64,000 nt of DNA from a virus, in the IMG/VR virus record IMGVR_UViG_3300006316_000001, positions 42,816-106,815 of that record; one strand, written 5' to 3'. Below the pieces are notes generated by a model. The model did not search any database and had not been told where the DNA came from. It saw only the letters and a list, made by a program, of their open reading frames with translations. Position 1 is the stretch's first letter. Every line of letters begins with the position of its first letter. This document shows, piece by piece, positions 50,469 to 59,578 of the stretch. The position numbers and the translations under genes are program-made.

Positions 50469-51551
50469 TTAACCTAATAGGTCGAATATGTTGGGTTCTG
50501 GTTCGGTCTGCTGTTCAAAAATGTGACCGCGCCAATCAATCTCACCCCGCTCTAAAAAGAACGACATCGCTTCTTTGTTGATCGGGTCTTTCCGCCCACG
50601 TTCGCCACCTTCTTTGCGAGTTTCTGACGATTGTAGTAATGAGCCATGGAGCATTTCTTTCCTTGCTTCCCAAAGTAGTGACCACTCAATTCCGTCCCAT
50701 CCCTTGGACTGAACGTCGGTGATGTCCAAAAATTGTCGGTCAAGGTAATATCCTGGATACCTACCATCTCTATTACGGAAAAATTTCTTGAAAGCGCAAC
50801 AGACAGTTTCGAACCCAAGACGCTCGACTGACAATCCAAAACGACAATTCGTCTCTTTAATGATTCCATTTGCCTCTTCCTCTAGCCATTCAAGCTCTTC
50901 TTTTGTGAATTTGTGGCGGATCTTTTTACCATCCACCTTACGTTTACACCATTCATCTTTACCTAGTCCGCGACACAATCCGTCACGGTGCGACTCAGAA
51001 CCACCATCACCCAACAACAAACTTGGGATGTCAATCGGGATTCCACATACATCTCGTAGAGCCTGCATATAAAACCAGCATTTGTAGCGACCAAAGTCGT
51101 GGAACTTGATGACCTCATCCCATATGCGTTTGAAGTTCGCCTCACGATCCTCACCACACATACTCATGAACCAAGCATTCTGAGTGCCGTCACCAATGGT
51201 TTCGCGATAGGATTCAAACATCGCTGGCAACTTACCCTTACTGTAACGACAATCCACCTGATAGCGCAACTTGTGGTAATTATCGTCGTTCCACTTAGTT
51301 AAGCGGTCAAGGTCAACCAAGTCATAGTCGGGAAACTCGTTCGCCATCACATACGCTTGTGGGAGTTGATAGCTATTGGCGTACAACCAGACGTACCATA
51401 GACGTTGTTCTTTGTTGTACTCTTGGCGATTGAACATGTAGTTCATCATCCAAATAGCAGGGTCAACATCGCCTCGTAAATACTGCCAAGCTGTGTATTG
51501 GATTAAAAGCTCGCGCCTGTTTTTGTAGTCTGGAGTGCGATAATCAATCAA
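50469..51551 (-). CDS. Amino acid:DNA transferase (aGPT-PPlase clade 2), thymidine hypermodification
   Basis: DYR....RR......AW.....D.DPA.W..NY...R...N.EQRLW..WLY.N.Y...NEFPD...LRYQ.D....KG.LP.MF.SY...FGRY..WFY.Q.L...SHR.GL...ET..C.FKK.FR....RY.GYYLDRQ. Confidence 0.82.
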   Translation of the reverse strand: MIDYRTPDYKNRRELLIQYTAWQYLRGDVDPAIWMMNYMFNRQEYNKEQRLWYVWLYANSYQLPQAYVMANEFPDYDLVDLDRLTKWNDDNYHKLRYQVDCRYSKGKLPAMFESYRETIGDGTQNAWFMSMCGEDREANFKRIWDEVIKFHDFGRYKCWFYMQALRDVCGIPIDIPSLLLGDGGSESHRDGLCRGLGKDEWCKRKVDGKKIRHKFTKEELEWLEEEANGIIKETNCRFGLSVERLGFETVCCAFKKFFRNRDGRYPGYYLDRQFLDITDVQSKGWDGIEWSLLWEARKEMLHGSLLQSSETRKEGGERGRKDPINKEAMSFFLERGEIDWRGHIFEQQTEPEPNIFDLLG

Positions 51552-51982
51552 AATATGTACCCCTTGTTCATCTTAGCCAACTCAGTGATGGCAGCATGAT
51601 ACCCTTCACGTTCTTTATTCCATAATGCGCGAGTGAAACGTTGAGCGACCCACGGCTCAAGTTCTTTATGGTGACGGTTTAATAAAATCTTGTCTAACCA
51701 ATTCATATCACACAACATATCATAGTTCAGGTGAATCAAGAACGATGGGTTCTCTTTGATGAACTGCTTACATGAAGGTGGTAGCTTGACGTCAGCAACC
51801 TTGATTTGGTCATCAATATCACCAACAATCTTCTCAATGATGGCTTGTGTTAGAAAAAGACCGCTACTGTGGATGTAGTGGTCGTTACCAATCTTCTCAA
51901 CGATAGCATCAAGGAAGTTGCCCATGCGTGATTTGAGCTGTTGGATTTGCGGGCTATCTTTGTGAGCAATATGTTTATTCAT
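51548..51982 (-). CDS. Hypothetical protein in modification operon
   Basis: AAGGAG RBS, start MNKHIAHK; overlaps AADT start (ATGA). Confidence 0.65.
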   Translation of the reverse strand: MNKHIAHKDSPQIQQLKSRMGNFLDAIVEKIGNDHYIHSSGLFLTQAIIEKIVGDIDDQIKVADVKLPPSCKQFIKENPSFLIHLNYDMLCDMNWLDKILLNRHHKELEPWVAQRFTRALWNKEREGYHAAITELAKMNKGYIF

Positions 51983-51983
51983 C

Positions 51984-52757
51984 TTAGTCTCCTTTGAAGT
52001 CTTTGATGGTTGTTGGTTTGATTTGGATGTCAATCTGAAGGTCTTGTCCCAAGCCATCCGGATATCTCTTTTTGGCGAAGACTCCTGGATCAGCACGACT
52101 ATATGTACCCATACCCAAAGTTCGACTTTCATAAATGACGCCATTAATGCAATCATCAATCTGGGACTTTTCTATACCTGCGCGAACTAAAGCATCTTGA
52201 GTTGATGAGAAAATTATACCCGTCCCCAAATCAGCGTGCCACAATGGGCGTTGACCGTTGCGGAATCCCTTGATTGTACAATTGGTGGTGTCTAGTTCAA
52301 GAACCGCCATGCTAGCATCTGGGAAATACTTCAGAGGATGGATACCCTGATCAAGTGCTGCTAGAACAAGACTCGAATCATTACCATTTTTGGCAATTAG
52401 CCCGTACTCACTTTCCCAAGTACTCGGATCAGCTTGTGTAATCACACCGTTATGGGCGATAGCTCGTTTCTCACCGAATAATGGTTGGTTGTGCTCAAGG
52501 TCACTGGTTGAGTATCTAGCGTGAGCGATAAGGACAATCTCGTTGTAATCTTCGTCAACAGCATCACTCAAGTTAAACTCACTCAGTAGAGCATCAACTG
52601 GTACTGGCTTGCTGTAACCTTGAATCTTATCATCTTTAATGTACGCCACGCCTGAAGCATGACGACCGCGTATTTGTAAATTTCTAAATACACGTTCACA
52701 CAACTCAAGGTCTTCGCTGGTTGGGTGAACAAAATGCATACCGAATACACCACACAT
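51984..52757 (-). CDS. Class II (Ntn) glutamine amidotransferase domain protein
   Basis: N-terminal MCGVFG, RGRHASG, HARYSTS, NQP, HNGVI, NDS, RN..RPL. Confidence 0.9.
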   Translation of the reverse strand: MCGVFGMHFVHPTSEDLELCERVFRNLQIRGRHASGVAYIKDDKIQGYSKPVPVDALLSEFNLSDAVDEDYNEIVLIAHARYSTSDLEHNQPLFGEKRAIAHNGVITQADPSTWESEYGLIAKNGNDSSLVLAALDQGIHPLKYFPDASMAVLELDTTNCTIKGFRNGQRPLWHADLGTGIIFSSTQDALVRAGIEKSQIDDCINGVIYESRTLGMGTYSRADPGVFAKKRYPDGLGQDLQIDIQIKPTTIKDFKGD

Positions 52758-52767
52758 AATAATGCTC

Positions 52768-53205
52768 CTATTTGATGTCTAAATCATTAATGAACCACGT
52801 ACAATCAGGATTATACTCACCCACACCACTTGTGGACAAGAACTCTTCCTTTGTCTTTCCATAATACGGATACCCAGAACACATTCCAGGACGGTTTTCG
52901 TAGTTTGTGCACACCCCATTAACTAGATGCTTACATAGGAAGTGGCTCGCTTTCTGTGCCCATTTGCGTAGACCTTTGTCTTTGTATTTGAACATCTGTG
53001 GATTGATCTTCTTGGCACGACGCTTCTTTATTGGAATCAACATGTCAGCGACTTTCTGACGTTCATCACTGTAGTCAGACAAATCCCAATCAGCTCTATT
53101 ATCAGGGAATTTGCGAACAAAATTTTTGTAGCCTTGAGTGGCGACAATACGAAGGACTTTACAACAGTCATAGCAGCGCTCGCCATTAATCATACAATGT
53201 TCCAT
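52768..53205 (-). CDS. YkgJ-family Cys-cluster (Fe-S/Zn) protein
   Basis: C......CYDCC...CKHL..GVCTNYENRPGMCSGYP...C. Confidence 0.82.
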   Translation of the reverse strand: MEHCMINGERCYDCCKVLRIVATQGYKNFVRKFPDNRADWDLSDYSDERQKVADMLIPIKKRRAKKINPQMFKYKDKGLRKWAQKASHFLCKHLVNGVCTNYENRPGMCSGYPYYGKTKEEFLSTSGVGEYNPDCTWFINDLDIK

Positions 53206-53240
53206 TATTTACGTACTCTCTTTTTGTTATTTAGAAATAT

Positions 53241-53300
53241 GTAACCATTTACCCCTACAACAATCATTATACTCTAATTTTACGAGAAGTAAAGCTTTTT
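53241..53300 (-). promoter_or_regulatory. Early promoter cassette copy 6
   Basis: -35 53289-53294, -10 53266-53271; leader hairpin degenerate. Confidence 0.82.
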
Positions 53301-53316
53301 AGTTAAATTTGAATGT

Positions 53317-53340
53317 AAAAAAGGCTCCCGAAGGAGCCTA
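53317..53340 (-). terminator. UUCG-loop terminator after GNAT
   Basis: Minus strand AGGCTCC-TTCG-GGAGCC-TTTTTT. Confidence 0.8.
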
Positions 53341-53343
53341 TTT

Positions 53344-53946
53344 TTATGAGAAGATATCTTTCTTTAGGTGAGTCGCCAGCGAACTGTAATTGTGGTCGTC
53401 GCCAGTTGACGATTCTGGATGAACGCGCCTTTGTATTAGATCTATGACTGACTGATTATCATGTCCCAATAAGACACTCATGTCGGGACTATAGCTCAAA
53501 TAGTCATCTAAGGTTTTGAGTAGAGGCATGTTACAGTAATAGTCTCCACTTCTCGTGATTCCCCAGTATGTGAATCCCAATCTATTGTAGAATTTTATTG
53601 CGGAAGGAGCACAATTCATTCTGATTCTAGAAAGTTCGCATTCATTACCTTCTTGTATTGCAACTTCCATAATTTTTCTGGCGTACCCAAATTTCCGATA
53701 TTTCTTTGGCGTCAAAAGATTTATTATGGACAAATACCCGTCTTTGGTTTTGTTTAAGAAAAGAACGGTTACGATTTTACCATCAACTTCCAGACACAAA
53801 ACAGGCTTGGCTTTCCAATCATAGAATCTGTTATGGAATTCGATTGAATTTTCTGAGAATCTCAAGGTTTCCTTATCATCTAAATCTATCGTATTATGGA
53901 AGTATTCTCTGTATGAGAATTCACTATCAATATTTATAATGTTCAT
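53344..53946 (-). CDS. GNAT-family acyltransferase
   Basis: Acyl-CoA motif LLTPKKYRKFGYARKIM and SAIKFYNRLGF; start MNIINID after AAGGA RBS. Confidence 0.85.
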   Translation of the reverse strand: MNIINIDSEFSYREYFHNTIDLDDKETLRFSENSIEFHNRFYDWKAKPVLCLEVDGKIVTVLFLNKTKDGYLSIINLLTPKKYRKFGYARKIMEVAIQEGNECELSRIRMNCAPSAIKFYNRLGFTYWGITRSGDYYCNMPLLKTLDDYLSYSPDMSVLLGHDNQSVIDLIQRRVHPESSTGDDHNYSSLATHLKKDIFS

Positions 53947-53960
53947 ATCCACTTTCCTTA

Positions 53961-53984
53961 TAAAAATGGCTCCCGAAGGAGCCT
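53961..53984 (-). terminator. UUCG-loop hairpin/terminator between BCCT and GNAT
   Basis: Minus strand AGGCTCCTTCGGGAGCC-ATTTTT. Confidence 0.65.
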
Positions 53985-53993
53985 TAATAGGAA

Positions 53994-55322
53994 TTACTTT
54001 ACCATCTTGAACGCTTGAACTACCATGTTTAGGTATAGCGCTGCTATTGGTAACCCTAGGATTGCAATCACAATCTTCAGAGCATTCCAAGCTTCAGGTC
54101 CAAACATTTGGAAGCTAATAGCCATGAACGCTACAAATACAACCCAGCAACCTGAACTTGTTTTACCTTCGCTCATCTCATCCAAAGCAATCGAACCAGA
54201 GTCAACACAAGTAACCATCCACAAACACATTGCCACTAACAGTACACCACCAGCAATCTCACCATACGGGATAACCTGCTCAAGCAAGACGAACGGATCA
54301 TTAACTTCAAGAATCTCAGCAGCCGAACCTAGTACACCGAAGAAGAAACAAGTGATAACCATCGGAATAACACCAACACCAACAATCACTTCACGAACAG
54401 TACGCCCTTGGGAAATTGTGGTAAAGAACGCCACGCTGAACGGTAGGAAAGTGAACCACCAAGCCGCATAGAAGTATGGCCACCAGAATAACCAGCCATT
54501 GTGATCTTCGCTAGCACCAGCACCAGTATCGAAGCCATACTCAAATAGATTACTCAACATCATCCCGAAGCTTTGGAATGTGTACTTTAGTGTATCCATA
54601 CCAACAAACCAAGCCACCGCTGCTGTGATGATTACACCTGTAACCATTGCGCCATTACTCAACCATTTCACCCCACGCAGAACACCTGACTTTGCTGACG
54701 CTAGGCTGATAATCGCAAACACCACCATCAGTATACTCTGATCAACATCAATGCCGAATGTTCCCTTAAGACCCGATTGAACGCCAGAAGCTGCTATTGT
54801 GAATGACGACACGATTGCGATTACCGTAGTTACACACATGAGAACCATAGAGGCTGATGTTGCCTTTTTGCCCATGTTAGGAGTGAATACAGCTTTACCC
54901 TTTGACCAGAATATACCGCCAGCCGCAGTCGCCACAGCAAACATGATATAAGCTGGACCCCAGTTATACATGGTGCGAGCAATAGCATCAGTGGTTTCGA
55001 AACCAGCCTCAACGTGATAGCTTGGTTCAGATACGCCCCAAACGAACAGTGATGAACCAATTACCGTTGATACGCACATACCGTACCAGCTGAGGTTACC
55101 AATTCGCTTCTCTCCTGGAAGCTTGATATTGGCAAATTTGGAGTTGAACGCTAGTACCGCTGCGATAAATACCGAAGCCATAATTGTTGCGTTCATCATC
55201 CAACCGAAGTCACCGAGGACTCCCTTTCGGATTGAACCAAGGATGTTACTGACATCTTCAGTAAAGAACGATGACGCCAGACCGAGTGTTAGTAGAATTA
55301 AGATTGTGTATAGGCTCTTCAT
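53994..55322 (-). CDS. BCCT-family (betaine/carnitine/choline) transporter, compact and divergent
   Basis: About 12 hydrophobic segments; FGW, SKFANIKL, SW..M, WGVSEP.YH, T.YNWG, SGV.RGVKWLSN, W...W.YFYAAWW..F.PF...F...ISQGRTVRE, VT..DS. Confidence 0.88.
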   Translation of the reverse strand: MKSLYTILILLTLGLASSFFTEDVSNILGSIRKGVLGDFGWMMNATIMASVFIAAVLAFNSKFANIKLPGEKRIGNLSWYGMCVSTVIGSSLFVWGVSEPSYHVEAGFETTDAIARTMYNWGPAYIMFAVATAAGGIFWSKGKAVFTPNMGKKATSASMVLMCVTTVIAIVSSFTIAASGVQSGLKGTFGIDVDQSILMVVFAIISLASAKSGVLRGVKWLSNGAMVTGVIITAAVAWFVGMDTLKYTFQSFGMMLSNLFEYGFDTGAGASEDHNGWLFWWPYFYAAWWFTFLPFSVAFFTTISQGRTVREVIVGVGVIPMVITCFFFGVLGSAAEILEVNDPFVLLEQVIPYGEIAGGVLLVAMCLWMVTCVDSGSIALDEMSEGKTSSGCWVVFVAFMAISFQMFGPEAWNALKIVIAILGLPIAALYLNMVVQAFKMVK

Positions 55323-55382
55323 GTTAATTTCCTTATTCATTGCGCCAGTTGTAGTGGCCAAGACCACGTAAAAATGTATGGA

Positions 55383-56381
55383 TTATCGTAACCATCCGTA
55401 TGTTTCCTTAATTTCTTTGAGTAGTTCTTTAGTGATTTCAGAACCGTTCGCATAGTTGTATTTGCGGAAGTTGTCCTCCATCACCTGATCATTATGAGGC
55501 ATTGGGGGAAAGTCCCAGTCATCACGCATTGCAATAACGTCGTGAATTGTTTTGTGTGGCTCATTTAGCGCAGTCTCAATACACATTGCTGTGAATAGAG
55601 CCACATTTGCCATTTGTTTACCTTGGCGAGTGCCCCAATTACTACGGTTCTCGATAGTTGGGTGTTTACCGCCCTTACCGCGAAGTCGTGTAGTGTTCAA
55701 TCCTGGACGTTGCATCATCCAAGAAGGTTTATTGTCCTTTGTCTGATTCGCTTGCCCGTCAATTACCCCGCGTGCCGTGTCTGCAGCTAATGCACGCTCC
55801 AAATTAGCATCACGGAGAACTGAGCAACAAGCGCCCATCATGTATTTGAACAATTTAGGGTCACAAGTTTCCTTGTCTATATTGAACGCTGGAGGATTCG
55901 TCTTAGTGATATCTTCCCAGTTATTGGTAGCCCACCAGAACAGTCGCTTCATGCCATCGCGGTCTTCAGTTAGACCTTCAACACCAACGTGAACGTGGCC
56001 ACCCGAACGTCCCGAAACTGAAATCTCATGACCGATATGAGCTTCTTGCATAGCAATCATTTGGTCCCACGCATCGCCAAGTTCTTCGGGTGAGTTGTAC
56101 ACTGCTGTGTTAACTTCACCACCGCGATTAGAGATAGGAAGATCACCTTCGTATTGATCTTTGAGAGGCCAAGAAGCTTTACCGTCGCGATTACCACATT
56201 CACTCTCAGAGTAAGACCATGACCAACCTTCAGGAAGTGGACCACTTTTATCGACATCATTAACTTCAGCATCGATACCGAAAGTGAATGTCTTAATGTC
56301 GTATTTCGCTTTAACCTGCATCCATGGCTCGTTTTGAACTAGTTCCAATGGAGTTGGTTCTACATCACCGAATATGTTCAT
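55383..56381 (-). CDS. Putative amidoligase (COOH-NH2 ligase, glutamine synthetase/GCS-like), paralog 2
   Basis: TFGIDAE, GGEVNT, SGGHVHVG, RPGLN, TIENR. Confidence 0.78.
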   Translation of the reverse strand: MNIFGDVEPTPLELVQNEPWMQVKAKYDIKTFTFGIDAEVNDVDKSGPLPEGWSWSYSESECGNRDGKASWPLKDQYEGDLPISNRGGEVNTAVYNSPEELGDAWDQMIAMQEAHIGHEISVSGRSGGHVHVGVEGLTEDRDGMKRLFWWATNNWEDITKTNPPAFNIDKETCDPKLFKYMMGACCSVLRDANLERALAADTARGVIDGQANQTKDNKPSWMMQRPGLNTTRLRGKGGKHPTIENRSNWGTRQGKQMANVALFTAMCIETALNEPHKTIHDVIAMRDDWDFPPMPHNDQVMEDNFRKYNYANGSEITKELLKEIKETYGWLR

Positions 56382-56392
56382 GCTCTATACCC

Positions 56393-57382
56393 CTAAATGT
56401 TGTTTGGTTCTTGACGTACACGGTATGTGTTTTTGTCGTCAGCCTTCAGCTCGCCAATACGGTTCTTTCTATCAATCAAGGATTCTACATACCCGACCAT
56501 GATGTCGCGTTCATATTTGATCTTAGGAAATTTCCATTCAGGATGTCTGTCTAGAATAGACTGAACTGATTCACCAGTATTAAGCGCAGCATTAACGAAC
56601 TCTTCACAGAACTCAAAACAGCAACGTAGTTCATCGCGATCAAGAGAACCACGGAATGCGCGGAACTCTAACGTACCCATTCGCCCAAGCGGATAAAGAT
56701 TGACAGCCGCTCTTGACATTGGCATTCCCTTTCGTGAACCGCTACTTTCGTGACGACTTTCGCCCATCTTATGTGCGTCAATCAACTCAAATAGGTTGGT
56801 TACTGACGGAAGACGCTCACGATACCAATCAGGGATTTTAGTGGTTGACACATAATCTAAGTATTTATGACAGCCCCATGTGGATCCTGGAAGCTTAATA
56901 TCTTCGTAGACAGCAAATACAGGTTCGCCGAACAGATCAGTCTCACCAGTATCATATTTGTAGTCTTCATCAGTTAGACGGAAACATGCATTAATGTATG
57001 CTTGGCGATTATCTTCATTAGCAGAGTAGATTGCTAATCTTCGCAGAGCATCACCATCTTCAGTGAGTCCTGGAATATGCATATGAATGTGGGTTACTTG
57101 GTAGTGGGACATTGTCGGGTGTGGGAAGAAATCTATGATTTCCATGATGCGATCAAGTTGGTCTGGCCAACCTACCGTTGGAACCGTGTTAATTTCGCCA
57201 CCCATATGGCAATCTTCACCAGATGGGTCAGCAGCGATTCCGCGAAACTCACCCAACATATTGATGATATCATGCTCACACCATTCCCACTATCCGAGAT
57301 GCTCAGGAATTTCGGTTCGCTTATCAACGTCACCTAGTTCCAACTCAGTACCGTATTGGAATGTTTCTTTAGGGTAATTCAT
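56393..57382 (-). CDS. Putative amidoligase paralog 1; in-frame TAG at codon 31 (57290-57292)
   Basis: AAGGA RBS plus ATG 57382: MNYPKETFQYGTELELGDVDKRTEIPEHLG*WEWCEHDIIN, continuing in frame into ORF 57259 (GGEINT, HIHMH, RAAVN, TLEFRAFRG). Confidence 0.78.
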
Positions 57383-57403
57383 ATTATTTCCTTCTGAAAT
57401 AAA

Positions 57404-57478
57404 GGGGAAGCGTCAACCTTTAACACTTTACCCCATAACAACCATTATACTCTTATTTTACGAGAAGTAAAGCTTTTT
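57404..57478 (-). promoter_or_regulatory. Early promoter cassette copy 7
   Basis: -35 57467-57472, -10 57444-57449, leader hairpin with G-U pairs. Confidence 0.85.
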
Positions 57479-59324
57479 ATAGATAATTATTGATGAACCA
57501 TTGTACGGTGGTTGGAATATCCATCGAATGATCCACCCAAACCGCCCTAACGCCACCATAACCGTTAGTGCCTTCGATGCAACGCTCTGCCTTCACTCGC
57601 GTTTCTTCCCATTTGGACTCAACGTTCTTGGTGTTCGGTGTTTTACCTTGAGCTGCGTTGCGTTTCACTAGACGTTCCATGCACACTTCTAGAGGTGTAT
57701 CCATGAATAGCATATGAGGCGTCATACCCATTTCTTTAAAACGATCAATGTGCCATCGACTAGAACTCAGTACCACACCTTCCATCATGATATGATAATC
57801 GTCGAATTCCGGTCGCCCCATGATGATATCCAACGCTTGTTCCATTGTAGCTCTAACCAATGTATCGCATCCAGCAATGTTGGTTCCAGGAGTGTAGTCC
57901 CCAATAAGGATGATTCCAAGATTGGGTAGTACCGTGGCGAATCCAGATTTCTTGGTTGTGGCTTGGAAACCTTTAGACATATTCCCAGACAACCAAGCGA
58001 ACTCTGTTGAGAGAAGGTACGCATCAGTGTCACGTTCAACGAGTCCCTTGGGGATGGTAGATTTTCCTGAACCATTCGTGCCAAGTAGCTGATACATGGT
58101 ACGGCTCTCACGGTGCCCATACTTAGAACCTGTGTACTCTGGTTTTGGGTCGAAGAGAGTGTCTTCATAAAGGTCGGTTCTTCGTACTTCTGAATCAACA
58201 CGTTTGCGCTCTTTATGGAGTTCAAGTTGCTCATCATCTGTGATTCGCTTACCCATGTAGGGGATAGTGCGGTTTGGATCATTCGGGGCTTCATTTTTTA
58301 CCTTCTTGGGTCTTTTCATATCTTCACCTGTTCCATCAAAACTAACACGCGCACGCGGCTTCTTACCTTCTTTTACTTGTTCATTACAACGAACGTACTT
58401 ACTGAATTCACAGAAGCAGTTCTCTAATGACATCACATTCATTGTGCGATCTTTTGGGTCAAGGTCGGTCATTAAGTTCTCAGTGAACGATGTTCCGAAT
58501 ACTTCATCTTGATTATCACGCAACCAGAATAATAGCTCTTCATCAGTCAAACCATCAGGGTCTGTGAATAGCATACTTAGACCGAGTGAACATCCTGGAC
58601 CAGCGATAGTGAATTCGTTCTCGCTGAACTTATAGTCTGGGCAGTACGTGAAGTCAACAAACATCTGATAGCTCAAAAATTCGCCAATTCCAGGAACATC
58701 CATCAGGATATTACAAACCTCGCGCGGTGATTCTGCTGAGTGGATATCGTCGAATAGACCCTTACCGATCATCCAATCAATTAGAGCCATTGGTCGAGCC
58801 GGAATGTACACCTCACCCGTTAGGCGACCGGATGCAGCCTTCATACCACCAGTATTGAATGCTGATGTGAAGAACACGTAATCTGAGTCACTGGTTTGTT
58901 TAGCCTGTAGAATCTTTTTGCGATCCATCATCCACCCACCATACTCATTCTGAACCCCAGAAAATGAAGCAGGTAGGTTAATCAACTCACACGTTTCCCA
59001 TTTATTGTACAATCGGAATAGGACTAGGTTGATGATGCGCGTGGTCAAACTCAAATCTGTGCGATTACAGATATGTTCGATAGCCCACTTGGTGGCACGA
59101 TCATGCTCGCGTCTAACGTTAGTGAACTTCACATTCTGTAGAATTGTATTGGATGTCCAAGGCGCGGGAAGCTTCATAACATCTTTCTTCAAATGGATGT
59201 TGTAACGCTCGGTTATCCATTCCACCAATAGACCCAGCTTAACTGGGTCCATGGGTGGTTTTGCGTAATGGATCTTACCTTGACTGACGCCACAATATGG
59301 GACATCATGAGGTCTATTTAACAT
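57477..59324 (-). CDS. 5-hydroxymethyluracil DNA kinase (aGPT-PPlase clade 1) fused to a P-loop nucleotide kinase
   Basis: N-terminal WI.ER..I..KK.....PWT...IL...KFTNVRREHDR, LFRLYN, G.G.FLSYQ..VD, GPG...GL, ENCFCEFSKY; C-terminal GTNGSGKST, G.Y.....AGCDT, MEG, DTPLEVC.ER...RN. Confidence 0.85.
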   Translation of the reverse strand: MLNRPHDVPYCGVSQGKIHYAKPPMDPVKLGLLVEWITERYNIHLKKDVMKLPAPWTSNTILQNVKFTNVRREHDRATKWAIEHICNRTDLSLTTRIINLVLFRLYNKWETCELINLPASFSGVQNEYGGWMMDRKKILQAKQTSDSDYVFFTSAFNTGGMKAASGRLTGEVYIPARPMALIDWMIGKGLFDDIHSAESPREVCNILMDVPGIGEFLSYQMFVDFTYCPDYKFSENEFTIAGPGCSLGLSMLFTDPDGLTDEELLFWLRDNQDEVFGTSFTENLMTDLDPKDRTMNVMSLENCFCEFSKYVRCNEQVKEGKKPRARVSFDGTGEDMKRPKKVKNEAPNDPNRTIPYMGKRITDDEQLELHKERKRVDSEVRRTDLYEDTLFDPKPEYTGSKYGHRESRTMYQLLGTNGSGKSTIPKGLVERDTDAYLLSTEFAWLSGNMSKGFQATTKKSGFATVLPNLGIILIGDYTPGTNIAGCDTLVRATMEQALDIIMGRPEFDDYHIMMEGVVLSSSRWHIDRFKEMGMTPHMLFMDTPLEVCMERLVKRNAAQGKTPNTKNVESKWEETRVKAERCIEGTNGYGGVRAVWVDHSMDIPTTVQWFINNYL

Positions 59325-59577
59325 AGAGGATTTCCTTATATGTTGTTCCGTTAGGAGTTACGGTTCGGGTGTGAACCAACTTACCTGAAACGAAAATTTG
59401 TTCTTCGAACATGTATTTATTTAGGTGTAGTTGTTTAACCTCAACCACAAGGTTAGGATCAAACATCAAATCTTCGTGACGCTCAAGAGTGCTGTTCTTT
59501 TCCGTCATAATAAGTAATTCTGAATCAGTTTCTTGGTTTGTGCATGTTTTGTAATCGGGGATGTTATTGATGCTCAT
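59314..59577 (-). CDS. Hypothetical protein
   Basis: ORF overlapping the kinase gene start. Confidence 0.55.
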   Translation of the reverse strand: MSINNIPDYKTCTNQETDSELLIMTEKNSTLERHEDLMFDPNLVVEVKQLHLNKYMFEEQIFVSGKLVHTRTVTPNGTTYKEILYVK

Positions 59578-59578
59578 T

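Noticed and set aside
57290-57292. Genome-wide TAG reassignment (alternative genetic code)
   Set aside because: TAG ends well-defined genes at their expected ends (HNH 7595, TerL 10344, endolysin 41065); only one internal TAG was found; neither tRNA has a CUA anticodon
50469-59324. 7-deazaguanine or glucosyl-hmC modification system
   Set aside because: No FolE/QueD/QueE/QueC/DpdA or glycosyltransferase motifs recognised; the motifs match the 5hmdU kinase/transferase route
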